Sequence record: PP695294.1 | Length of the DNA: 64,000 nt | Reading direction: 5' to 3' (one strand) | In this document: positions 38,612 through 47,193 of the stretch, piece by piece | Position numbering within the stretch: the stretch's first letter is position 1 | Layout of the letters: each line of letters begins with the position of its first letter | The notes under the pieces: generated by a model | Seen by the model: the letters and a program-made list of their open reading frames with translations, nothing else | What the model was told of the DNA's origin: nothing | Database searches by the model: none | Made by a program: the position numbers and the translations under genes

Positions 38612-39229
38612 ATGTCTTTTGTTATTGACTTTAACCACCATCATAGTCAAACCTTGCTCGATTTAGTCAATGCTTTTAATGCTGAAACCGTTTATACGCC
38701 CCTGACCACAGAACGTATCCGTGTGGAGAGTTATGGTCCACCGGAACCGGACGGTCGTGTAAGTGCTTTGCTGACTAATAAGAGTAAGCCAGATGACTAT
38801 GTGGTTGTGCGTTACCGCAAATTGAGCTTAAATGATATAATCACATTGGGACCTGATCATCTCACGTGGTTTGATTTGTCGAAAGGTAAACCGGCCGATT
38901 TGCGCGTATGGTCTGAACCTGCAATGGCCAGTTTTGAATCGGCGTGTGCAGAACGTGGCATCGTTGTAAGTAAGGCGTGGGAAAACCCCGCGCAATGCCA
39001 CGTGGAGTATGACATCCCGACCGATCGATACGTCCTCGTCTATGAATGCGAATCATTTGTTTACGAATCACGCACACGCATTACGCTACCGTACCATATC
39101 GGCCAAGACTTAACCAAGACAACGCTGCCTGGTCTGGAATACGACCTGGCTGGTTTCTGGGGGCGTAAGCTGTTAGAAGAAGTGACTATCTCGAAGCTTA
39201 ACGGTTTTCGTTATCGTGAGTTTGTTTAA
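38612..39229 (+). CDS. Virion protein, paralog of 33786/58447
   Basis: IDFNHHHSQTLLDLVN...VRYRKLSL; TATGAC at 38577. Confidence 0.6.
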   Translation: MSFVIDFNHHHSQTLLDLVNAFNAETVYTPLTTERIRVESYGPPEPDGRVSALLTNKSKPDDYVVVRYRKLSLNDIITLGPDHLTWFDLSKGKPADLRVWSEPAMASFESACAERGIVVSKAWENPAQCHVEYDIPTDRYVLVYECESFVYESRTRITLPYHIGQDLTKTTLPGLEYDLAGFWGRKLLEEVTISKLNGFRYREFV

Positions 39230-39233
39230 GACA

Positions 39234-39275
39234 CTACCCTCGCCCGTTAGCGAGGGTAGGTATTTATTTTTTCTT
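39234..39275 (+). terminator. Intrinsic terminator
   Basis: CTACCCTCGC-6nt-GCGAGGGTAG plus T tract. Confidence 0.8.
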
Positions 39276-39308
39276 ACGAATCGTCCACTCCGTATAGGAG
39301 GTAAGTCC

Positions 39309-39908
39309 ATGAAAAAGATTTATAAAATTGCGGTAATCGGTTCTCGGAAGACTGATGAAGATACCATGTCTGAAATGTACATGCGATTGTTACGTGGGTT
39401 TAATGCGCTGCACGCCAAAGGCTACACGATTCATTTTTCTTCTGGCGGCTGCTGGTGTGGCCCAGACCAATTGCAATTCCGATTTGCCCGACAGTGGGCG
39501 AATACAATAGACCAGAACACTGGCAAGAAAGTGGTGTGGGATGACGAGTTCATCTGCTATTTACCCGATGAGAAAAAGCTTTGGCTCAAGAAACAGAACC
39601 CCAACGTAGAGTTCCGTGTAATCCCTCAGGACGACCGCTATCGTGAGATAGTAGGTAAGCTTCATCCCGCGCCAGAAAAGCTCCAGGAGTTCGCCTGGGC
39701 GCTTCACGGGCGTAATCTGAATATAATTATGGGCGATGATTTAGCAACGCCTGTAGACGCAGTCTATTACTCTGCGCCTTTAGATAAACAAGGTAATCCG
39801 ACCGGCGGTACTGCCATGGGCGTAAAATACGCTAAGCAGTGTGGTATTCCTTGTTACCACCATGCGCTTGAAGGACATCTGTGGCTTGAGAGCTTGTGCT
39901 TATTATGA
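39309..39908 (+). CDS. SLOG (DprA/Smf-like Rossmann) domain protein
   Basis: IAVIGSR, SSGGCWCGPD, GGTAMGVKYAKQCGIP; SD GGAGGT supports ATG 39309. Confidence 0.7.
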   Translation: MKKIYKIAVIGSRKTDEDTMSEMYMRLLRGFNALHAKGYTIHFSSGGCWCGPDQLQFRFARQWANTIDQNTGKKVVWDDEFICYLPDEKKLWLKKQNPNVEFRVIPQDDRYREIVGKLHPAPEKLQEFAWALHGRNLNIIMGDDLATPVDAVYYSAPLDKQGNPTGGTAMGVKYAKQCGIPCYHHALEGHLWLESLCLL

Positions 39909-39938
39909 CCACGTTGCCTTTAATCAGAGGTCGCTATT

Positions 39939-40211
39939 ATGCAAACAACCGGTTTAGCTCGTCGTTTGTGGGAAGCCTTCTTCCCCACGCCATCAAAACC
40001 CATTAAGAAGGTGACTAGCCTTCGCTTGTTCCCAGGCACCGAGGATGAGTTCTTCGATTACCTGGAACGGCATGGTTTTGATTCGAAAGTTGCACCGCAG
40101 GAAAATGACCCAATTCAGACGGTCTACACTACACCGGATACGGGTGAAATATTTGCTTTGTGTGTTCGCTGGCCACATCGTAATTATTACTACACTTTGA
40201 CGCAGATATAA
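39939..40211 (+). CDS. Small hypothetical protein
   Basis: 90 aa, SD GAGG. Confidence 0.7.
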   Translation: MQTTGLARRLWEAFFPTPSKPIKKVTSLRLFPGTEDEFFDYLERHGFDSKVAPQENDPIQTVYTTPDTGEIFALCVRWPHRNYYYTLTQI

Positions 40212-40221
40212 GGAGCAGGGG

Positions 40222-41355
40222 ATGTCGACGCTCGATTTAGATTTAGAAGTCCTGACTGACGACTACGATCGCCTGGTCGCACTCGAAGGTCTGGGAGTTA
40301 AGCCCGACTTCCCTGCGGTTTGCGCGATTCGTCAGCGTTGGTGCTTAACCGACGACGGTGAAGATATGTTGGTTGCTCGTGAATCGCGTGAAGCGATGGA
40401 GCGTGCTCAGTTTATGACTGATACCGACCCGCGGGCTGGCATCCATCGCGCAGCAGGGCGCATTACTGCGAAAGCTGTTAAAGGCGCTGGAAAGCTAGTG
40501 GGTGCTGGACTAGGTGCAACCGCAAAGGGCGCGGGTAAACTTTCGAAAAAGCTCGCATTACGCTTTTACGATTTCGCGGAAGCGCTAGCGAAAGAACAAG
40601 CCGACCGTTTGAAAGAAATAACTTCGAAAGCTGCTTTCATGGAACGTAAGCTCAATAAGCTTAAAACGCGAATGTCGCTGCTAGATGACCACAAAACACT
40701 CGCTGCAGTTGACGTTCACACGAGTAGCTGGACGTCTAAAATTTGCTTTGAAGATCGACCCGATTTTGAAGCGTGTGTTAAGTTTTCTAAACAAACAAAC
40801 GCGTACGAAGGCGTCGTGCAAAAGTACACGGTTTACACACGCACCGCTCTGAAGAAAAGCAAAGCATTCGAAGGGCCAGGCTTAAAACAAATCAGCAAGT
40901 CCACGAACTGGGCAGTTAAGCGTGCTGCTGGGTTGCTTGGCATCATCGATCCCTTTAAAAAGGTGGAAGCTTTTCCTGTCCCTGGAAATATCGTTGTGGT
41001 TGAGCACCATAGTGGTAAGGTCAGTTGGGCAATTGCGCGTGACGGTGAGTATGGTGAAACCATTAAATCGCTGGATATGCATCAGTGTGGGAAAGCAATA
41101 GAGGCTGTGGAAGCACTTATCAAATCTATTGCTGCACGTGGAACAAAGAACCGTGTTGTGGGCTACACCGGCATTTACGAAGAAGTGGAAGCGATGAAGT
41201 CCGAGCTTAAGAACCTAGAAGGGGATGAGCTGAAGGAGGCCACGTTACGTTACCGTAATGCAATGGCGATGGAAGACGCATTCACCACGGCGTTGGTACG
41301 CGTGGCGGAGGGTCTAATGGAGTGGACGAAGCAATCGCTGGCCGAGGTGAACTGA
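40222..41355 (+). CDS. Head protein, distant paralog of 4747/6102
   Basis: IRQRW...VARES propeptide motifs; AFPVPGN resembles VLALPGN. Confidence 0.65.
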   Translation: MSTLDLDLEVLTDDYDRLVALEGLGVKPDFPAVCAIRQRWCLTDDGEDMLVARESREAMERAQFMTDTDPRAGIHRAAGRITAKAVKGAGKLVGAGLGATAKGAGKLSKKLALRFYDFAEALAKEQADRLKEITSKAAFMERKLNKLKTRMSLLDDHKTLAAVDVHTSSWTSKICFEDRPDFEACVKFSKQTNAYEGVVQKYTVYTRTALKKSKAFEGPGLKQISKSTNWAVKRAAGLLGIIDPFKKVEAFPVPGNIVVVEHHSGKVSWAIARDGEYGETIKSLDMHQCGKAIEAVEALIKSIAARGTKNRVVGYTGIYEEVEAMKSELKNLEGDELKEATLRYRNAMAMEDAFTTALVRVAEGLMEWTKQSLAEVN

Positions 41356-41816
41356 TGAAGATTATTACCATAGTGGGGCCAGACACGGCTAACGGCAGGA
41401 AATATTCCACAGATATCCTCGCGCTTTATAACGAGCTGGACAAAAGCGAAATAGAAAGCTATCGAAAAGAGACGGGTATTAATGTCCGTTTTACGCCGGC
41501 TAAATCGTTAGCCGAGCGCTTCCGGGGTCGTTTACTGGCGGTCGTGGACGACGGTGTCTTGTATGGCTTTGCGCAATACCGCACGATGACTGAAGAGGGT
41601 GTGACGATGATGTCGGTATCCTCACTGGTCGTTAGCAGCAGCGCACGTGGTAAAGGTTACGGCACCGCGTTGATGGATGCGGTAAAGAAATCCGCAACGG
41701 AAAAAGGGTGTACAGTTGTTCACCTGTCCGTGAACGCCGGTAACGCTGCCGCGAAGTCGCTCTACGACAAAGCTGGCTTTAAGGTAGGTGCTTACCAGAT
41801 GTATTGGAGGGTGTGA
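41355..41816 (+). CDS. GNAT family acetyltransferase (tandem copy 1)
   Basis: VSSSARGKGYGTALM; NAAAKSLYDKAGF; start moved to ATG 41355. Confidence 0.92.
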   Translation: MKIITIVGPDTANGRKYSTDILALYNELDKSEIESYRKETGINVRFTPAKSLAERFRGRLLAVVDDGVLYGFAQYRTMTEEGVTMMSVSSLVVSSSARGKGYGTALMDAVKKSATEKGCTVVHLSVNAGNAAAKSLYDKAGFKVGAYQMYWRV

Positions 41817-42280
41817 TGAAAATCGTTTTTGTCACCAAGCCCAACTCCCCGTATGGAAAGAAATACTACGCGGATTTGTTAGGACTACACAACAAGTTAT
41901 ACGACGATCAGAAAATAAAACTCGCCGACTTAAACGGTCGTGAAGGGTTTAATCAAATCTCAAAACTGGAGGAGGTTTGGGGTGAAGGTACGCTGTGCGC
42001 TTGCGCCGTTGATGACCGTGGTGTGGCTGTTGGCTTCATCACCTTTGGCTACACCAAAAAGGGACAACGTTTCCTCTGGGTATATAACTTTTTTGTAGAT
42101 GAATCAGTTCGTTCACAAGGCGTTGGCCATGAACTGATCGAAGCCGTAGAAAACTACGGCAAATCAAAAGGCTGCGCATGGATGCAGCTTAACGTGCTCG
42201 GTAATAACGACCGTGCTATTGCGTTTTATGAACGTTTCGGATTCCGAACTGAATACCAGGATATGGTAAAGGAGCTTTAA
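41816..42280 (+). CDS. GNAT family acetyltransferase (tandem copy 2)
   Basis: VDESVRSQGVGHELI; NDRAIAFYERFGF; start moved to ATG 41816. Confidence 0.92.
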   Translation: MKIVFVTKPNSPYGKKYYADLLGLHNKLYDDQKIKLADLNGREGFNQISKLEEVWGEGTLCACAVDDRGVAVGFITFGYTKKGQRFLWVYNFFVDESVRSQGVGHELIEAVENYGKSKGCAWMQLNVLGNNDRAIAFYERFGFRTEYQDMVKEL

Positions 42281-42281
42281 C

Positions 42282-42890
42282 ATGGTGGCTGTCCGCAGCG
42301 TGCCACATCAGACTGGCTCGCGATATACTTTTTGTGTAAAGCGTTTTGGGGCAAGAAATCGCCCTGGTTGGAAGGTGGTACGTGCGATGGGACAGTTCTG
42401 GCAATTACCGCCCGGCACGTTAAAATATTTTTCAGTAGACAGAATAGCCCAGTTCTTAAATGCGGCTGACCCAAGTCAACGGTCCAGTTTTATGGCAGGG
42501 GTTGTTTGTCGTCCCGATGGGAAAACACGCGATGCAACCACACGTGGAATTTACTGGACAGGACAGAACGCGTTTCAGGTTGGCTTACCTTGCCTGAAGT
42601 GTGAAGTGACGCCGTTTAATGGCCCCTATGCCGATGCGTACTTCACCGGTATCTTTGTGTCGTTCCCAGACGACCCGTCTTTAAACTACTTTTTATCGGT
42701 AGACAAAGACGTCAGTATTGATACCTTCTACAAATACTTGTTGTTTTACAGCCGGTATATCCGCGTGACTCCTGTGCATGAAGATTGGTATTATAAAAAT
42801 CCCTTGAACTATGGGAGGGACAGGAGACTAGAAGGATGTTCTATCGAGAGCTTCAACTCTGTACCGCAGCGCTCCATGGCGCTAATGTGA
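42282..42890 (+). CDS. Hypothetical protein
   Basis: 202 aa, SD AAGGAG. Confidence 0.7.
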   Translation: MVAVRSVPHQTGSRYTFCVKRFGARNRPGWKVVRAMGQFWQLPPGTLKYFSVDRIAQFLNAADPSQRSSFMAGVVCRPDGKTRDATTRGIYWTGQNAFQVGLPCLKCEVTPFNGPYADAYFTGIFVSFPDDPSLNYFLSVDKDVSIDTFYKYLLFYSRYIRVTPVHEDWYYKNPLNYGRDRRLEGCSIESFNSVPQRSMALM

Positions 42891-43207
42891 GCAAGAACGG
42901 GGACCTGGAAGACGTCGCGCAAGCCTTACGGGCTGTGCCGGAGGTTGACCAGGTCGACATCGACGCTAAATATTTAGGCGACGGCGTAAAGCGTATTCAG
43001 TTGACCGTGCGAGCCAAACATGGCAGCTGCTCGTTACATTTCCGAGTCAGTGCGGATTATTTCCTGGTACTGCGCTCCACATTCAGTCACGATGGTCGGA
43101 CTCACCGGGTTCGGTGGATGCACGACATTACTAAATTTGGCTACCCGCTTGCAGAACAACGTAAAGTCGTTCATGACTTTATGTCTGCAGTCGTTGCGGG
43201 GTTTTAA
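42887..43207 (+). CDS. Small hypothetical, possibly virion, protein
   Basis: GTG 42887 overlaps upstream TGA; start uncertain (42836 possible). Confidence 0.6.
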   Translation: MSKNGDLEDVAQALRAVPEVDQVDIDAKYLGDGVKRIQLTVRAKHGSCSLHFRVSADYFLVLRSTFSHDGRTHRVRWMHDITKFGYPLAEQRKVVHDFMSAVVAGF

Positions 43208-43216
43208 GGGGAAACT

Positions 43217-43816
43217 GTGATGTCTGAGATGATTCTCGATTCGCTGTTTTTGATTACGGTTGCAAACATCAATAAAAACGGCAATCTTCCAGAATACGTA
43301 GACATAAGTCGTCATGGCTTTAAGCGTCGCTATCAAATCGGTAAGGTGTTAGAAATTGCCTGTTTAGTAACGAACATGCGTAGACCGGTGGACGGCTGTA
43401 GCGTTAAACACGCACAGATGATACTTGGACGTGCTATTTCAGAAGTACGTCGTAAGCGTCGTCGTGCACCGTATCGCTTTTATCCTAACTCTACCAAACA
43501 GGTGGTGGGCGAGGGTGAAGGTGTGGTTGATTTGCGCGAGGCCAGTTGTAATGTGGGTGGTATTGCACGTGACTGGTTAATGAGTATTATCAGTAAGCAT
43601 CCACGTACACCCACGCCGCAAGAAGGACAGGCGGTACTCGCGCTTATGCGTAAGACCCATTTGGTGATCACCGATACAGCGAATCAGGCAGCACGAATGC
43701 AGCACTATTTGGCGTGTCGTGGCTTTACCACGCTCGCAGTGCCTTCAGAATACGCAACTGATATTAAACTTCCGCCAGTCCCCGAGTGGTCTGAACCGAA
43801 AGTTGATCATCAGTGA
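43217..43816 (+). CDS. Basic hypothetical, possibly virion, protein
   Basis: 199 aa, RRKRRR patch. Confidence 0.65.
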   Translation: MMSEMILDSLFLITVANINKNGNLPEYVDISRHGFKRRYQIGKVLEIACLVTNMRRPVDGCSVKHAQMILGRAISEVRRKRRRAPYRFYPNSTKQVVGEGEGVVDLREASCNVGGIARDWLMSIISKHPRTPTPQEGQAVLALMRKTHLVITDTANQAARMQHYLACRGFTTLAVPSEYATDIKLPPVPEWSEPKVDHQ

Positions 43817-43821
43817 GTTAT

Positions 43822-43859
43822 ACCCACTCCTTCGGGAGTGGGTCGACTCTATTGTTTTT
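43822..43859 (+). terminator. Intrinsic terminator
   Basis: ACCCACTCC-TTCG-GGAGTGGGT. Confidence 0.75.
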
Positions 43860-43860
43860 C

Positions 43861-43881
43861 GGATAGATATTATTTTAGGGA
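43861..43881 (+). promoter_or_regulatory. Early promoter variant
   Basis: GGATAGATATTATTTTAGGGA. Confidence 0.6.
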
Positions 43882-43973
43882 GACGTACAAAATTTACGTT
43901 TCATCCTTAGCATATGCTAGAAGCCGTTGTGAGTCGGTTAAAACTCACCAACTTAAACTAAGAGAGAAATACC

Positions 43974-44720
43974 ATGACTGTTAATACTACGAAGAAAAAG
44001 TTCCTGTCCGTCCCCACTGCCTGTGGCGAATATCGTTATGTGTTTTTGTATAACGAAGAGATGATCGGCAAGGGCGGGATGCCGATTATGATAGAGCATA
44101 AGCTCATCAGCGCTAAAACAGGCGGTACCGTTGTACATGGCACGACTGAGTTCTTCGCAACTAACGCAACGCGGGAAACTGTTATTCGCGGGCTGCTGAA
44201 AGCACTGCGTGAAGTCTCAGCCAGGATGTTCTTTAAACACATCGCTCGTAAGCCTGAACTCATACCCGCGTGGAAAGAGTTCGACTTAGAAGCACTGCGT
44301 GAAGCTGCACCACGCTATGTCTTCATTGAAGAATGCATCAATGCGTATTTTAAAGACGTGATGCAAACCGAGCGATTGGTAAATAAAGCATCCGAAACAG
44401 GAAATCGTTTCTTCCGCAGTGTCAAATTTAAAGAAGACCTCCGGGCTAACTTCAACGATATTGAACTGCGTGTCACCCGCCGCATGACACTGCTGCGTCC
44501 CGAATCGGATACGCCGCAGGCCATGTTGTCTTATTCCTTGGCCCCTTCTGCGTTGTTTAACAAACGCGAAGGCTTCAGTGTAATGTCGCTCAATTTCACT
44601 AACAAATACGCGTTAGGGGAATGGCCGTCATTAAATGCATTCTTCAAAAGTCCGGGCATCAAGCCGGTCATCGAAGCATGGATTGAGCACACCTGGACAC
44701 CAGAAATGAAGAACCACTAG
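43974..44720 (+). CDS. Hypothetical early protein
   Basis: 248 aa single-gene cassette. Confidence 0.75.
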   Translation: MTVNTTKKKFLSVPTACGEYRYVFLYNEEMIGKGGMPIMIEHKLISAKTGGTVVHGTTEFFATNATRETVIRGLLKALREVSARMFFKHIARKPELIPAWKEFDLEALREAAPRYVFIEECINAYFKDVMQTERLVNKASETGNRFFRSVKFKEDLRANFNDIELRVTRRMTLLRPESDTPQAMLSYSLAPSALFNKREGFSVMSLNFTNKYALGEWPSLNAFFKSPGIKPVIEAWIEHTWTPEMKNH

Positions 44721-44745
44721 GCTATCGAGTAATAACATCTAATGT

Positions 44746-44786
44746 CAGGCATCCTTCGGGGTGCCTGTTTTATTTTTTTTTCTTTA
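44746..44786 (+). terminator. Intrinsic terminator
   Basis: CAGGCATCC-TTCG-GGGTGCCTG plus T tract. Confidence 0.88.
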
Positions 44787-44845
44787 CGTCTGGTCGCTAT
44801 ATTGTGACACCACTACAATTAATTAAACTTTTGGGGAAGAATAAA

Positions 44846-45469
44846 ATGTTAAACTCAGTGGCGCTGGATGGTCCAGATTTTTCTGGCAAATCAACACTCG
44901 CTAAAATGATTCAAGCGATGTTGCGCTCCGCTGGCGTTAATGCCATCATCGTCAATCACCCGACGAATACCACTGAAGCCGGTATTAGTGCACGCTCTCT
45001 GGTTATCCAGCACGCCTCTAGTGAACGTATTGCCAAAGCGATGTGTCTGGATTTCCAATATACAATGGACTTCGTTGTACCAGAGCACGATGTCGTTATT
45101 TTTGACCGTTTTTGTCAATCGACCATTGTCTACCAGGGCGTAGATGGTAAAGGGGAAGTTTTCCGTTCGCGGGTATTAGACCACATTAACGCACCAAAGC
45201 TTTACGTGGCAACCGATGTATCTTACGAAACCGCCACAGAACGCTTTAAGAAGCGCGTAGAAGCACAAGGTAAGCACTGGGATGATGAGGTACTGACAGC
45301 GAAGTATCTGCGCTCACAGACCGATTGGGACGCCTTACGCGACCATTACCGTTTTGCGTTCCACATCACTACAGACGGTGGTGATAAGTTTCCACTGATG
45401 CGAATTACAGCAGACGACGATATGGCGTTACAGGCCGCCCGTATCGTTGAACGTATTCTGGCAGGTTAG
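44846..45469 (+). CDS. tmk: Thymidylate (dTMP) kinase
   Basis: P-loop DGPDFSGKST, VIFDRF motif; ATG 44846 with SD GGGGA. Confidence 0.85.
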   Translation: MLNSVALDGPDFSGKSTLAKMIQAMLRSAGVNAIIVNHPTNTTEAGISARSLVIQHASSERIAKAMCLDFQYTMDFVVPEHDVVIFDRFCQSTIVYQGVDGKGEVFRSRVLDHINAPKLYVATDVSYETATERFKKRVEAQGKHWDDEVLTAKYLRSQTDWDALRDHYRFAFHITTDGGDKFPLMRITADDDMALQAARIVERILAG

Positions 45470-45475
45470 TTGTAC

Positions 45476-45512
45476 CCCTCTTACCTTCGGGTAAGAGGGC
45501 ATTGTCTTTTTT
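45476..45512 (+). terminator. Intrinsic terminator, same stem as 17872
   Basis: CCCTCTTACC-TTCG-GGTAAGAGGG. Confidence 0.85.
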
Positions 45513-45556
45513 ACAGATCAGAACAGTCCTATGCTTTTTGCTTCCAGTCCACTAAA

Positions 45557-45581
45557 TTTCAGATATATATTACCTTAGTGA
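45557..45581 (+). promoter_or_regulatory. Early promoter
   Basis: TTTCAGATATATATTACCTTAGTGA (23/25 to the 7432 copy). Confidence 0.75.
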
Positions 45582-45631
45582 GAGTTGTCGTTAAACTCTC
45601 TAATCGACTATTAATCTAAAGGAGTATTCTA

Positions 45632-45997
45632 ATGCGTTTTAAACATCAAACCGTTGTGTTGGCAAAGAAAGCATTTCTGGTTCGTCTCTCTTACATTATT
45701 ACCCGTGTCACTGCGAAGGATGTTACGCAGAAAGACATTGCATTGTTGGTAGGCTGCTCACCGTCACAAATCTCTGCGATTAAAAATGAACGCGAGAAAG
45801 CTGTGACTATCGAAACTCTGATGCGTGTTGCCGATACACTGCGCCTGAATTACGAAATCGTTTACCGTTCCATCAACGGCAAATGCCGCCATAGCTTCAA
45901 AATTGAATCCTGCATCGACTACATGAATAACTGTCCTATCCGGGTACGAGAAACAGGACTTAAAGTCATGGCACGTAAACCTTCTGCAGTGATGTAA
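45632..45997 (+). CDS. XRE/Cro-family helix-turn-helix protein
   Basis: TQKDIALLVGCSPSQISAIKNE...VTIETLMRVADTL. Confidence 0.85.
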   Translation: MRFKHQTVVLAKKAFLVRLSYIITRVTAKDVTQKDIALLVGCSPSQISAIKNEREKAVTIETLMRVADTLRLNYEIVYRSINGKCRHSFKIESCIDYMNNCPIRVRETGLKVMARKPSAVM

Positions 45998-46034
45998 ATT
46001 AAGGAGCATTTATGAACATAGATGAGGGCTTCGA

Positions 46035-46421
46035 ATGAACTGGTATGTGAGCGGTATCACCCGTCGTGTAATGACGGAAGAGGATGATCGATGTAAACAT
46101 CTTAAAGTGGGGTCTATAGCTCCACGTTATACGGCAGAGTGCGACCCATGGGGCCGCGAAACGTATTACATGTGCGAGAACTGCTGGGAAAAACTGCAGG
46201 CTGAAATTGCAGCTGAAGAAGTGGTCTGCGACGATTGCAAAGGTACCTTCCCGAAACGGGATACTGTTGAGTGGAAATGGCACGACTTTGACCCCAGTCA
46301 AGGGGATAAAGAACTTTGTATCTGTAATAACTGCGTGTCTTTACCGACACATTTAAACCGTGTAGAGAATGACCGTCGGGCATTTGAACACGACTTTCCA
46401 GAAGCAGCTTTCTGGGATTAA
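46035..46421 (+). CDS. Cys-rich, probable zinc-finger protein
   Basis: CENC, CDDC, CNNC motifs. Confidence 0.7.
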   Translation: MNWYVSGITRRVMTEEDDRCKHLKVGSIAPRYTAECDPWGRETYYMCENCWEKLQAEIAAEEVVCDDCKGTFPKRDTVEWKWHDFDPSQGDKELCICNNCVSLPTHLNRVENDRRAFEHDFPEAAFWD

Positions 46422-46447
46422 CTAGTGTAAACCTTAAGGAGTATACC

Positions 46448-47104
46448 ATGGCGAAGGCCCCTAAAACTGTAGCAAAAGATTCAATGGCAAGCAGCGCGGT
46501 TAAATCCACAAAAACGCGCACCACTGAATCCACGCGTACATCTAGCATTCCGAAGCCGGATGTGATTGTACCGATCAGTGAGCGTCTGAAAACGATTCAC
46601 ATCGAACGTGAATTTCCGATTGACCTTGGTCAGGAAATCGTTTCGGTTAACCTTGGTAGCGACGTACGCTTTACCATCTATAAAGGCGCGCATCTGAACA
46701 ACATGGTGCTAACCCGCGGTGATGAAGTTATCGGCCTGTCTCGTTACGACACGCAAATCGAAAACATCTATCCGGTGTTTGCAGTAGCGATGTTGCGTTT
46801 GTTCATGCAGGATAAAGCCGACCTTTGTGGCCAGCTTGCGGGTATGGCCGATCGTGTTGGCCACATTCTGCCGACGCTGGTGAAACTTTACCCGGTTACG
46901 ATTGATGTGGCGTTCACTACGGTAGACAACAACCACGGCTATATCGTGCTGACCAAAGACGGTAAAGTTATCGCTGGCAATCTGACTGATAACGAAGTGC
47001 AGAAACATATGGACAAATTTGCGTTCATGGTGAATCGCCTAGCACACGTCAGTGTCAAACATTCCGAAACTTGGACGACGCTTGTCTCCAAACCGGAACT
47101 GTAA
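46448..47104 (+). CDS. Hypothetical protein with K/S/T-rich N-terminal tail
   Basis: 218 aa, SD TAAGGAG, strong codon bias. Confidence 0.8.
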   Translation: MAKAPKTVAKDSMASSAVKSTKTRTTESTRTSSIPKPDVIVPISERLKTIHIEREFPIDLGQEIVSVNLGSDVRFTIYKGAHLNNMVLTRGDEVIGLSRYDTQIENIYPVFAVAMLRLFMQDKADLCGQLAGMADRVGHILPTLVKLYPVTIDVAFTTVDNNHGYIVLTKDGKVIAGNLTDNEVQKHMDKFAFMVNRLAHVSVKHSETWTTLVSKPEL

Positions 47105-47107
47105 TCA

Positions 47108-47145
47108 TTAAGGGGTCTTCGGACCCCTTAATTTTTTGTCTTTTT
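47108..47145 (+). terminator. Intrinsic terminator
   Basis: TTAAGGGGTC-TTCG-GACCCCTTAA plus T tract. Confidence 0.9.
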
Positions 47146-47193
47146 ACGCATTATCCTCATGATGTGACAGCAATACCTTTTGAGGGCATTACA

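Noticed and set aside
9280-45469. DHFR plus dTMP kinase as a modified-pyrimidine pathway
   Set aside because: Both look canonical, are far apart, and are common in large phages; no modifying enzyme adjacent
47071-47193. Track's 41-aa N-terminal extension of the tandem GNAT
   Set aside because: Runs through the upstream gene end and a terminator; SD supports ATG 47194. The same logic was used for 3132, 16504, 19782, 39216, 51598, 56218, 57535, 58411
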